From NCBI GenBank assembly GCA_964188305.1, contig OZ076896.1: a DNA stretch of 64,000 nt; one strand, given 5' to 3'. The translations under genes and the position numbers were made by a program. Source of the DNA: Podarcis bocagei. Its lineage: Eukaryota. Below, in pieces: positions 13,308-25,508 of this stretch. The notes beneath the pieces were generated by a model. That model was given only the letters and a program-made list of their open reading frames with translations, was not told the DNA's origin and did no database searches. Each line of letters starts with the position of its first letter. Within the stretch, counting starts at the first letter, position 1.

Positions 13308-13508
13308 GGGAAGGGGTATAGCTCAGTGGTAGAATACAGTAGACACTTGCATGCAGAAAGTATGCAGCTCCAAACCCTTGCATTTCTGGGTAGGGCTGGG
13401 AAAGACCCCTGCCTGAAACCCAGAGAGTCAGAGCCAGTCAATGTAGAAATATTGAGCTGGATGGATCAATGATATTATTCCCTTTGAAGCAACTTCATTG
13501 CATTCCTA
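13308..13508 (+). mobile_element. tRNA-derived SINE (Squam3-like); second copy at ~23449-23590 (-)
   Basis: A-box-like tagctcagtggtaga head; body gggctgggaaagacccctgcctgaaacc...gccagtca.tgtaga.aat.ttgagct.gatgga. Confidence 0.7.
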
Positions 13509-15098
13509 AAATAGACAGTAAAGATTCTTAAAATGTCTTTCCACTACTTTTGATTAGTTTTACTTGCTTTTGTTCCTGTTCTTCACGCCTGAATTTTCTT
13601 ACTTCACATTGACTTTTGTTTCAAAGCTATATTGAACTTGAATTTTCAGTGTGTACTTCAAACATATTGGAGGAACGAAATAAAAAGACAAAAATCAATA
13701 CACAGTGAAAAGTGTATCACGAGCTTGCTATTGGAGACAAATCCTGCCAATTTGAAGGGGCTGCTTACATCTTTTCTGAATCCACAGGAGCTTGCCCAAA
13801 AGGCCAAGCATAGTAAATGCAACCCTGAGAGAGTACACTCACAGTTGGATTCCTTGTAGGACAATGCTGACCGAACTGCTATAAAACACAAATCCATTTA
13901 TTTGTTTTGGAGATTTGTAGTGGAAAGTGACATTTCATTTAGCTCATGCCATTTACTGAAAGGGCCACAAAAGATGGGGAACTTTTATTTATTGTTTTAC
14001 CGCTTTAGAAAACATGCTGCTGGTTCATATTCCAACAGACAAGGAGTCTGTTGAGCAAAGTCCAGAGTTCACAGATGTGTAAGGGAGACTTAGAGCTGGG
14101 GGAGAGCAATCATTAGACAAACAAAATAACCAGCACAGTCTGAAAAAACTACCACAGTTACAACGGGAAGACAGTATTTCCATAGCCAATGAAGGTGCTT
14201 TGTAAAGCAGGCACTGAAGCATTTCTGCTATTCACGGTTTGAGCAATGACAGATTATTTTATCACTACCCTCACAAGATAAAGCAGAGTTACAGTGCAAT
14301 GCATGCCTACTCAGAAGTAGATACAGTCAGTGGGACTTACTTCCAGATAAAGTTATAGATGATTTAAAGGATTATGTGTATAAACATACAACTGAAGTAG
14401 GGCAATTGTTGCAGACTCAGAGTAAGGCCAGTAGAGAGTTTTAAGATCTCAGATTTGTATAAAGCAAGGGCACCCAACATGGACTACAACTTCCATTATC
14501 CTTGAATGCTAGTCATGTGTGCTGAGATCAATGGGAGCTGTAATCCAACAACTTTTGGCAGGTACCATGTTGGCTACCCCAGTGCATGTCTGCCTAATGT
14601 CTGCCTAATCTTTGTTGATAACTAATTGCTAAAGGCAGTCTGAAATTCACCCTCCTGCCCCCAGCCAAGTTTTACACACATAAACACACATATACAGTAT
14701 CTTAAAAAACAACAACCCTAAAACAAAAACATTGGGGCTGCACAAAAAAAAAAAAATGGGTGAGGATGTTGCCCATGGGGCGCAGGCTTCCTATCCTTGG
14801 CATATAAGACTTAAATACAATAATTTTGAAAAAGTACATAGCCCATTAAAATTTTTCTGAAGAATGACATTCTGTTTGGTTCCACAGTTTTAATGTAGAT
14901 TTTTCATCAATAAGGAGAAATACCAGGATATATTTTTGCCACCTTCTGAGACATACTAAGTTTACTTGTTTTTTTTTCTATTTACCAGTAATTGACTGAT
15001 CTTAATCAGTTTGTACAAATTGTGGGATTTTGCTGAATGTTGCAAACATCCGCTTTGTTATGGCCCAGTATAATAATAAAGCTTTGCTTTGTCCTTAG

Positions 15099-15234
15099 GT
15101 TAACATGTTTGTAGAAGGATTCCATGATGCTATTATCCTCTATGTTCTGGCTCTACGGGAAGTTTTGAAGAATGGCTTCACTAAGAAAGATGGAGAAAAG
15201 ATTGTCCATCAGACATGGAATAGGACATACGAAG
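15099..15234 (+). CDS. NPR3: NPR3 coding exon (equivalent to human exon 4), extracellular ligand-binding domain
   Basis: Acceptor gtccttAG|GTT, donor GAAG|GTagga, 136 bp. Translates [46 protein letters not shown], closely matching mammalian NPR-C including the NRT glycosylation sequon. Confidence 0.97.
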
Positions 15235-17039
15235 GTAGGAATAATCAAGTGCTTGATGTGATTTTGTTTGTCCAGTCTTGGGAAAATCTGTAACTTTTCG
15301 GTTGTACCATCTAGCTTCTTAAAATAAAACCTGCCACCTCCTGCTGATAGCATACCATAAAATGAAAAACGAGGGAGCATCCATTCCCCACTGGTTGTTA
15401 AAAAGTTCTTTTCTGAGAGGATGGGAAAGCTTTGACACACACCATGGCTAGATATGACCCTTGGAGATTTCTTACCTGGCCTCCATCACCTCTCCTTATG
15501 CCTTTTCCATCCCATCCGTGCTAGCATGGGAGGATGGAGAAGAGCAGCAAATTCCAGGGGCTGAGAGTCTTTGGCATAGTGCTGTAGAAGGGTTATAAAC
15601 CTTTGCTCCCTGCTGTGGTCCCTACCATACTTGGGGAGCTCTTGCTTGCAATTTGTTTTCACACAAAAAAGGTTCAGTTGAAGCAAATTAATGCCAATGT
15701 GAGAATGGAGGGTCCTGATCCAGCTTAAGTTCAGAGTGCCTCCAATTTGCATGGGTTGGGACTCCTATTGGTGTGAATGAGAGATTTCTCTCCAATGCAA
15801 ATTACAGGAGGGGTTTACCATTCGCTTTTTTGCTTTGGCACACCCACTGCTGGAATGTGGGGCTCAGGGTAGAAAAGACCCCCATTGTTGTAATTATGAT
15901 TGTGTTGTGTTGTGCTGTTTCCAGCAATAAAAAGGGGGAAAGGGGGTAGAACCATGAATAATGTGGTTCCTTGAAAGGATGAGATATAAATTAAGGATTC
16001 CTAGTAGGTAATTATTGGTACAAAAAAGAAGTGGCAACTTGTAATAAGGAGGTAAGAAGATAATGGTTTCCATCTACATGTGAAGTGACAGCTTTTTATC
16101 ACTCCTTTACATACCACCTTATGCCTCACATGTTGTGTTTGGAAGGGTCTCCCTACTTCTGGTTATCTACACATACGTATGTATTAACAGGGACAACATA
16201 GGCAAAAATGGAGACTGTGACATGTTTAAACAGGGTTTACAGATAGCATGCCTGCACACTAGATATTAAGAAACTACATTAAATAGCCCCCTGTTGTCTA
16301 CATTTTTATAGCATCACTGTCAGTAATTTTATATACAAAGAAAACCATTTTAATAATAGGTTAGCTGTCATCATTAAGGTTCTTGGCTCCTTCCTTGTTT
16401 TTGAAGATTGTAGCCATTTGACTCTTTCATGTGCATATATTAGCATGCTTCCTTACATTGCTTCATCTTTTCCATTTAGGTTTTATAACTGAAAAGCTGG
16501 GTTTAATAAAAATGCAAAAATGCCAAGTCCCCCTTCCTTTTCTTTGCTGTATTAGATTTTGAACAGTTTTTTGTGTGTGCATTCAGAAATGTTTCAAGGT
16601 CTCCATTTGCTATTTTCGATTGTGCATGCCAAAGTGTTCAGGGTTTTCAGTGCCAAACCTTTTGGGCCCTTCTGCCCCACCCACATCCTGCCAATCTTAG
16701 AATCTATGAATATGTTCAAACTCCAGAACACACACCCGTGCATTAAACTTTGTAAGGTCAGCTGGACCTTACTGGTAAGACCAAGCTGCTCTTGCCAGAT
16801 ACATCTGTCATTTCTTACCGTGTAAGATTACCACAATTTCCAGTGGAAGTACTTAAACTGAAAGGAAATATTTCCTTTAGATAAGAACCCAACAATAAGT
16901 TCTGAAATTGGAACAGATATGAAAAACATAATGGACCACTTTCTGTGCTTCAGTGAGTTTTTCTTTCTCACAGTAATGGAGAGGCATTTGGTTGGAAAGG
17001 ACAAGAAATTTATCCTGTCCAAGTCTTTATACCGATCCA

Positions 17040-17378
17040 GGTGGCGGGTGGCACTGTGGTCTAAACCACTGAGCCTCTTGGACTTGCTGATCAGAAGGTC
17101 GGCGGTTCAAATCCCCGCAACAGGGTGAGCTCCCGTTGCTCTGTCCCAGCTCCTGCCAACCTAGCAGTTCAAAAGCATGGCAGTGAAAGGAGATAAATAG
17201 GTACTACTGTGGTGGGAAGGTAAACAGCATTTCCGTGTGCTCTGGTTTCCCTCATGGTGTTCCGTTGTGCCAAAAGCGGTTTGGTCATGCTGGCCACATG
17301 ACCCAGAAAGCTGTCTGTGGACAAACATCGGTTCCCTCAGCCTGAAAACGAGATGAGCACCTCAACCCCATAGTCGCT
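17040..17378 (+). mobile_element. Sauria SINE (tail missing)
   Basis: gcgggtggcactgtggtctaaaccactgagcc...tcagaaggtcggcggttcaaatcccc...acctagcagttc...gctggccacatgaccc. Confidence 0.9.
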
Positions 17379-17440
17379 CAGGATCCAGGAGCTCAACACA
17401 TTGAGCCCCAACAATAATCCACATAATCCAAACCTCAGTA

Positions 17441-17658
17441 CAGTGGTACCTCGGGTTACATACGCTTCAGGTTACAGACTCAGCTAACCCAGAAATATTA
17501 CCTCAGGTTAAGAACTTTGCTTCAGGATGAGAACAGAAATCGTGCAGCAGCGGCAGCAGGAGGCCCCATTAGCTAAAGTGGTGCTTCAGGTTAAGAACAG
17601 TTTCAGGTTAAGAACAGACCTCCGGAATGAATTAAGTACTTAACCCGAGGTACCACTG
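17441..17658. mobile_element. Tigger/pogo-like MITE family A
   Basis: Perfect TIRs cagtggtacctcgggtta / taacccgaggtaccactg with TA TSD. Confidence 0.92.
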
Positions 17659-17946
17659 TAGATCAAAAGACAGTAACAAATAGTGATGGGTTAGCCAACT
17701 ACCAGCAGGGGAAGAAGGAGTCTCCATCATGGGTTAAGAGAGTTTAGATGCTCTCTTGCATCAGTGGACTCTGCTGTCTCATGCCTTATATACACAGCCA
17801 ATCACTGCACTCTGCAGGGCTGGGCCTCCTTCAGATGCCATTTCCTCAGGAGGACCATTCTGCATGATGTTGGAATCAGGTCTTTAGTGTGGTTGCAACT
17901 ACCCTTCCGCTCTTCCTCCCACCACATAACAGATTGGCAGTATCTA

Positions 17947-18290
17947 CAGTGGTGCCTCACAAGACGAAATTAATCCGTTCAGTGAGTCTCTTCGTCTAGC
18001 GGTTTTTTCATCTTGCGAGGCAACCCTATTAGCGGCTTAGCGCTATTAGCGGCTTAGCGGCTATTAGCGGCTTAGCGGCTATTAAAGGCTTAGCAGATTA
18101 GCGGCTAAAAGGCTATTAGCGGCTTAGCAGCTTAGAAAAAGGGGGGAGCGGAAAAAAATCGGAACACTCACAAGACGTTTTCGTCTTGCAAAGCAAGCCC
18201 ATAGGGAAAATCGTCTTGCGAAGCAGCTCAAAAACTTTCGCAAGACGGGTTTTCAGTCTTGCGAGGCATTCGTCTTGCGGGGCACGACTG
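17947..18290. mobile_element. Tigger/pogo-like MITE family B with internal (TTAGCGGC)n-like repeats
   Basis: TIRs cagtggtgcctcacaagacgaa / ttcgtcttgcggggcacgactg, TA TSD, internal ttagcggc array at ~18029-18135. Confidence 0.9.
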
Positions 18291-19229
18291 TATGTTATCA
18301 TTCTGGTGCCTATTGAAGCCCTTCCCTTATTCAACAAATCTTTCAAGAGGATATTCTTTTAAAATCCCAGTCTGTGTCTGTACTGAACTTGAAATTGTTT
18401 TTAGCTATCTTTTTAACTTTGGAATGTTTTATGGGAAGTGATTCACAAATGAAATAAATAAGAATGATAGAAAATTATAATAGGCAGAAATTGAAGGGCT
18501 GCACCAAAGAAGCCTGAGGATGATGTTATTTCTGTTCCTGATACTCAACTTGAATGTGATTTTTATTGTAAGAACCTTTTATTAACTTAATTAGAGAGCC
18601 TTTCAGGGCTACAAAGCAGGATACCATTTTCCTAAATATATCAGTAATGTTGATTTTACTTTAAAAACTTAAGGGTTATTCTAGTACCATATGCATATTA
18701 CATGCATTATACCAGTGCAGTAAACATGGGACTGCTTATGAAGTTAGCCAGTGTAGTGCAGTGAGTAGTGCTGGATTTAGACTGAAGAGACCTTAAGCCA
18801 GTTTCTGTCTCTCAGCCTGCTTCACTGAGTTGCTGTGAGGATAGAAGGGTAGCAGGAAGAACCATGTAACATGCTGTTAAGGATTTCTAGCCTCATAGTT
18901 GCAACTCTTTCTCTAAATTATCTATGCCATCTCAAAGGGTGAATGTATTAGAGATTGATACATTCGATAAGAGATTGAGTGTTTGGGGGGGAGGCTTGTT
19001 AATTTCATTGTACACAGGTTGTACAATGACAATAAAGTTATTATCATCATTATTATTATTAGAACTCTTTGCTTGGCTTTTGTCTTCAGACATGTAGATG
19101 CATTAAACTATTAGCATCCTCAAATATTCTAGGGCCTAGACTTTCCTGTATAAAATTATTTTGCCCCTTAATGGCTTTTTAAAAATCAGCAAAATAGGGG
19201 TTCTGAAATAGGACTTATGCCCCGCAGGC

Positions 19230-19257
19230 TGTGTGTGTGTGTGTGTGTGTGTGTGTG
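19230..19257. repeat. (TG)n microsatellite
   Basis: Directly visible. Confidence 0.95.
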
Positions 19258-19462
19258 AGTGAGTGAAGAAATGTTAGGAATTTTAGGAATGCAGCCCCAG
19301 AGGTAAAATTACAATTTCTTTTGGAATGCCAACAGAAGTACTGGAAGACTAATGAGGTTTCCTGCCATATCAGTCTCTAATAATTCTGCCATTTGCTTTT
19401 CTTGGAAGCATTATGTGCTGTCAACTCATTAATTTTTAAATTTCTCACCTGCCACTCTCTAG

Positions 19463-19557
19463 GCATTGCAGGGCCAGTATCCATAGATGCCAATGGAGAA
19501 AGATATGGAGATTTTTCTGTGATTGCAATGACTGATCCAGAAACTGGAATGCAGCAG
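19463..19557 (+). CDS. NPR3: NPR3 coding exon (equivalent to human exon 5)
   Basis: Acceptor ctctctAG|GC, donor CAG|GTaagt, 95 bp, phase 1 to 0. Encodes (G)[31 protein letters not shown]. Confidence 0.97.
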
Positions 19558-19786
19558 GTAAGTGCTGAAATAATGCTAAATGCTAGGCTGGAACAAGGAT
19601 TCAGTGGCAAAATGTTTATTGACTCTACCGTGGGCAAGACATATTATGTCTCTTGCAGTCTCCATTTCTACTAAACCAATTAAGGAAAGAATTTAGACTG
19701 ATCACTGTTACAAGTCCTTCTTACTAACCCTTCAGCAGAACCTCATAAGAAAGCTTGATGTGCAGGGATTGGAACAAACTGCCATT

Positions 19787-19789
<3 letters not shown>

Positions 19790-19828
<39 letters not shown>
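19790..19828. repeat. (CA)n microsatellite
   Basis: Directly visible. Confidence 0.95.
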
Positions 19829-19832
<4 letters not shown>

Positions 19833-22034
19833 CTTACTGGATTATTACTGGATCATCATCAGCCTGGAAAAGATGATATGGCAACCTAGACTCTTGAATT
19901 CAAGATCTTAATGAATGTGGGAGACTGCATACATTTCTGAAGAAAATGAAAAGTATTCATGACCTTGTTTAGCTAGGCTGGTCATCAAAAGCAAGAGATA
20001 CAATGCAGCCAAAGGAGAGTGCCTTGAGTATTGGTACTGTGAAATTAAACACTACAATTGCATAATAGCACTACAGGGTCCTTGGTTTACAAATGTCATG
20101 GTCTTCATCTGTAGAAATTAAAGACAGCATTCAACCAATAATATTACATGCTAGAATGAAAATCCAGATATCTCAGATGTGGATAATATCCTAGACAGTG
20201 GCATTGTTCAGAAGGTTTTAGTTGCAGTGAACAAGAAAATAAATATGAGGCAGCAGAGAGGTGAAATTTTCTGGAAATTTTGAAGCCATGGGAAGCAAAT
20301 TCCCCAGGGTAAAACAGAAATATATTCAGCTCTTAATTTCTTATCAGCACTAAACTTATTCTACTGCTTTAACCTTTAATGATATAACATGGATCACTTA
20401 TAGCTAGTGAGTGTATAAAATCAAACTATTTGCCTTATACAGAACAATCCCATGCATATTCATTCAGACACAAAATCTGCTGTTTAGTTGAGCTTCCTCT
20501 TCGTTAAACACATAGAACTTCAGCCTCAAAAACATAAATGCCTTAAACTGCAATCCTATAAAAATCAGAATGCCATAGTGAACTAAAAATCAGAATGCCT
20601 AGCACTAGTGCCTCTTTCTTTCCCCTCCATTCCTTAACCTGTGTATTTCCCCTCCCAGACCCAAATCTTGCTGTTTCTCACCACCAATTAAACTGTTTGC
20701 ATGTGTCTGCATGCGTGCCTGCCTTGGTTGCCTGCCTGCATCTCTGTGTCACATGTGGCTGGCCTATGGTGACCCCTGACTTTGCCCACCCCAGCCCCAT
20801 CCGCAGTTAGCTGCCCTGCCCTCTGCTCATTCTTTCATCCCACCAGCCTCAGGGGTCAGCAGCCGCAGCTAGTTAGATGTCATACATTTCAAGAAGAATG
20901 TTGGTAAAATGGAAATAATGGCTTATAAAGTATAGTAATGTCATTTGCTGCATAAACTGCTAAGATTAGTTGGAAAATTGTACATATAAACCTGTTAACT
21001 GTAAGGACAGTGAATTGGTTTGATCTGGTGCCAACCAGACTGTTTGCTGTTATGGTGCTTTTGATTGATTTGTGTGTGTAATATTGTGCTGCCTTGGCCA
21101 TACACAAAGACCTGACTGACTGATAACATGGAAGATGTCAGAAAAGAACTATAAAGATTATTACAGGCCCAGAAGTCATCTGAGGAAAGGCTGAAGGACA
21201 CAGCCTGTTAACCCAAAACCTTGGAGTGGAGGGGAAGTGCACATGGGAAAGATAATATTGACCCCAGTCTCCACATATATTCATGTGCAGCTCTCATCTA
21301 TGACAGGAAATCCAGCAATTGCATGATTAGACTTTTTTGTATACTTAGTACATCCTTTCTGTTTCCCTTTGGAAGCCTCACTCATGTCACATTCCAGCTT
21401 CTTTCCATTTTGTGTTTGTTGACATCATCCATTTTGCTGGGATTGTCTCATCCTAATTTATAATGCTGACCTCTCTTTGATGGTGCTGGTGGTAATATTA
21501 GTTTATTTGGAAGGTTCATTCCCACTGGTCATGAAAACCTTAGTTTCTAAGCAGAATGCAGCCAAACCAATTTAGGCTTGACCAGCAAATCTTTATCTGA
21601 TAATTTGGTGTCTAGAATATGATAAATAAAATGAACCTAAAATGAAGTAAACATACATTTTAGTTTGGGACAACAAAAAATAGAGGTGTGGTGGTAGAGA
21701 ACAAGAGCCAAGCACATAGCCCAAAGAGCTCTGACAGCCATACGCAAATGACAGCAATAATTTACACACCATTCGGTGAAGTAAACAAAAGTTTATGTGC
21801 TGGACATTTGGTCCCTCCAAATTTCAGAATGGGGCAAGGAGGGATTTATGATCCAAAAATGCATGGCTCCAGCAATTATGTCTTTCAATTGATGGATTTT
21901 TGGATGCAATTCTGAAAAGTGTATGTTATATATAACAGAAGTTAAGCTAGCTGATATACCCCAGTTTTCTCCCTACTTCCAGAAGCTGGTTGGAAATTGA
22001 CTGTCATTTTGCTATATATCTATTTTCTTCACAG

Positions 22035-22167
22035 GTTATTTGGAACTATTATGGAAAGCATGGACGGCTTGAAATGCTTCCAAATGTAAATTACCCCTGG
22101 AAGCTCAAAGCAAGAACAGATGACAGCCGAGGTTTGGAACACCCAAGCAACACACCCTGCAAATCAT
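22035..22167 (+). CDS. NPR3: NPR3 coding exon (equivalent to human exon 6), juxtamembrane ectodomain
   Basis: Acceptor ttcacAG|GTT, donor TCAT|GTaagt, 133 bp. Encodes VIWNYYGKHGRLEMLPNVNYPWKLKARTDDSRGLEHPSNTPCKS, ending in the conserved PCKS motif. Confidence 0.95.
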
Positions 22168-22460
22168 GTAAGTTTACTGAGGTTAACTTCTCCTTTCCAA
22201 ATCTGCAACAGACAGCAGTCCATGTTAAGGAATTGCGCTTGTTCTCAGATACACTTCTGTATCAATATCAATACTACAAATAACAACCTGACCAGAGGAA
22301 ATTTACTGAGGCTCAATTTACGTATAGCTAATGTTCATGGGAAAATCTGGGATAGTTTCTTTCAAAATATGAAGATGGAACACTGGCAAAGTGGGTATGT
22401 GCAAATGGTTTTGTATATTGTAATAGCATCAAGATTTCCCAAGCAAAAGGTTGCAAAGCA

Positions 22461-22680
22461 GAGAGCCAATGTGGTATAGTGGTTAGAGTGTCGGACCTGG
22501 AACACCAGGGTTCCAATCCCCACTCAGCAAAGAAACTCACTGGGTGACCTAGGGCCAGTCAATGTATCTCAGCCCAACTACCTCACAGCGTTGTTATAAA
22601 GATAAAACGGGGAGTAGGAGAGCTATGTGCGCCACCTTGAGCTCCTTGAAGGAAAGGTGGGATAATAAATAAATGAATAA
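22461..22680 (+). mobile_element. tRNA-derived CORE/MIR-like SINE; degenerate relatives at ~6857-6950 and ~18746-18870
   Basis: A box tggtatagtggttagagtg, B box gggttccaatcccc, core ctcactgggtgacctagggccagtc, (AAAT)n tail. Confidence 0.75.
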
Positions 22681-23764
22681 CCTTGCTGAAACTCCCGGAA
22701 GAGAATAGTGGTGCTGCAGATGGAGCTAGGTGGGATAAAGGAGTAAATGGGAGAAGATACAGAGATGCAGTTGAAATGAAGCTGTCATGAGGTGAGTGTA
22801 AATGCTGAACGGGCACAAGAATGAATCAGGCCCAAAGTTTATTAAGCTTTGAAACGTTTGGCATAGAATGGCCGAGGGAACCAAAGGATTCTGGCAGCCT
22901 GCCTTATAGCCTAACTATGTCGAGAGGAAAGTCAGCTTCTTCACTGCAGACTGCTCTTTCTACCTGCTGTGACCAACCATAGAATGTAAATGGTACCAAG
23001 GTACCCAAAATGGTCCAGAAGCGAGACATTATCCCCAGAGCCCTTAAGGGTTCTCCCAAGGAAGGCATTCAGTGAAATCACTGCGACCTGCCCAGTGACC
23101 CAGCAGTAGGGCAAGTTGTGGTACAATTATTGATGCAAGAGACTGAAAGCACTGTGAAAGAAAATATCCTTGTTAGGAGGAAGGCAAAAAAATAAAAAAA
23201 TAAAAAAAATCCTAGAACCAAATGGTTGATTAGGAATGCAGGTAAAATTCCTTCCTGGCACTATCACCCAGTGACCGGCAATTAGCCCATAACAAAGTAA
23301 TCAAGCAGAAGAAACATCCAAGAATTAGGGAGAGTGGGAGGGCAATTTAAGAACTCTCCACCTCATCCCCATCAGTATAGGCACCAGAATTTATAGTCCA
23401 GAAGTGCACCAGATGGACTGAATTCCTTAGAGCAAGTTAGAACTTTGCTCCACCTAGTGCAATACTGTCTACACTGACTGGCAGTAGTTCTCCAGAGTCT
23501 TACCCAGTCCTAGGTGGAAATGCCTGGGTTTGAGGCTGGGACCTTTTGTATGAAAGGCAAATGATTCGCCACCTAGCTCCACTCCCTTTCTACCTCCTAT
23601 CCATGCCCAGCTGGCATTTGCTAGCTGACCAAGGAGCAGGTCCCACAATGCAGCCAAGGTGGTAGTCATATTGTTGGCTCACTCCCTATCTCCCAGCATC
23701 AATATAAAAGAAGGCAGATTTTTATAAATTTGAGAAGATTTGAATTGCATGGATGAACCATTTC

Positions 23765-23765
<1 letters not shown>

Positions 23766-23805
<40 letters not shown>
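23766..23805. repeat. (CA)n microsatellite
   Basis: Directly visible. Confidence 0.95.
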
Positions 23806-23806
<1 letters not shown>

Positions 23807-24332
23807 ACAGCAAAAAACAGCATATGGATGTAAAAAGTTGTATTGCAACCCATCCTAAGGTAATTCATTATTGACTGAGAATTACTGTTGCCCAGTGCCC
23901 TCAAGGCGTGTTGGAGAGAAAATACATGCCTTCCCTTTAAAAAGTTCAGTTCAACTCTTTCAGTTCTGCTGTTATAGAAAGTTTTTTAAACGCACCTGTT
24001 TTCTTTCGCTTTTTAATAAAATGTTTCATTTTAAACTTTGAGATTTCTGTTAGCGTTTATTGAAATTTATTAGCTGACAGATTTATTGTGATTTGAATGG
24101 TATATTTCAATGTTTGTTTTTAATGGAAACTGTATCTTTGTTTTAATGTAAGCCGCCTTGTATAGTCTTGAAAGGTGGCTTAGAAATAACTGAAATAAAT
24201 CAGCAGCACTTCAGAGTGTGACAACAATAAGCTCCAAGGTAAACATAAAGGAAGATAATAAAAGCAGTTGGAACTATAGAAAAGTTTCTTTGGGCACTTT
24301 TCAAAATGGATTTTGAATAGATTTGTTTATAA

Positions 24333-24599
<267 letters not shown>

Positions 24600-25396
24600 T
24601 GAATCATCTGTGGGGCTGATTGTGGTTAATTTATGTGCTTTATTTATTTTGAGGAGTGGACGGGTACTTAATATTGCTGATTTTTTAATGTTGTGAACTT
24701 TATGAGCAGTTTTGTATTGCACTCTGTTTTATTATAGTTGCAATTGTATTATTATTCCGTTAGTGTAAGATACACTCAGTGTTTATTACTTGTAAATGAG
24801 GTCTATAAATATTTTTTGGCACTAACAACATGTAATAATTTAGTCAGAACAACAATTAAGTAGCAAATTAGATATGTTTGAGTATTTAGATTTTACTGAA
24901 TTGTGAGTGGACTTTAATGGGGCAGTCCCAATTTCACTGAAGAACACAAATACAGAACACAAATTATATTTAATAGTGTGAGGTGGCAAGCAATCTATTC
25001 CATTGAACAATATGAAGCCATATGCTGCAATCTTGAAACAGTTCTTTAAAAAAAACTGTTTGAGAGAACTAACTACTAAATGGTTCCACTATTTGCAGCC
25101 CTAACTTCAAAGCATCTGTTGCACTTTATACTGGCTTCCTGCTCACTTAGTTTCAGATCTGTGGAAGAATATTCAATTTGTCTGAAATCTTTGAATATAA
25201 CTTAACTTTGAGATCAGGCAAAAATGCTTCAAGGCACACCTCTTTAATCTTTTGGCAATGGCGTTCATTCATCTCATTTATCATTAGGAACACATTTGTA
25301 CTTCACAGACATTCTTTTGTGAAGGGAGTTATATTCCTAATTATCCTAAACTGAAGGAGGTTTTCTTACCCTGTGCTACCCATTTCTTTTATGCAG

Positions 25397-25508
25397 AAAA
25401 AAATACAAAATAACTATTGAGAGGCGAAGTCAACTGGAAGAATACAACATCGGCAAGCACTGGCAATTACGAGAGGACTCTATAAGGTCTCACTTTTCTG
25501 CTGCATGA
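25397..25508 (+). CDS. NPR3: NPR3 last coding exon (equivalent to human exon 8), short cytoplasmic tail and stop
   Basis: Acceptor ttttatgcAG|A. Encodes (R)[36 protein letters not shown], with TGA at 25506-25508. Absent from the ORF track because it is short. Confidence 0.97.

Noticed and set aside
13318-13385. tRNA-like sequence (also ~22470-22525)
   Set aside because: SINE heads; no complete cloverleaf, and each is followed by SINE body.
14030-14100. Possible upstream NPR3 exon 3
   Set aside because: No match to the expected exon-3 peptide and no consistent splice sites; exon 3 probably lies upstream of the window.
18029-18135. Short repeat array superficially like CRISPR or telomeric repeats
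   Set aside because: No unique spacers, not TTAGGG, and it lies inside a TIR-bounded MITE in a vertebrate genome.
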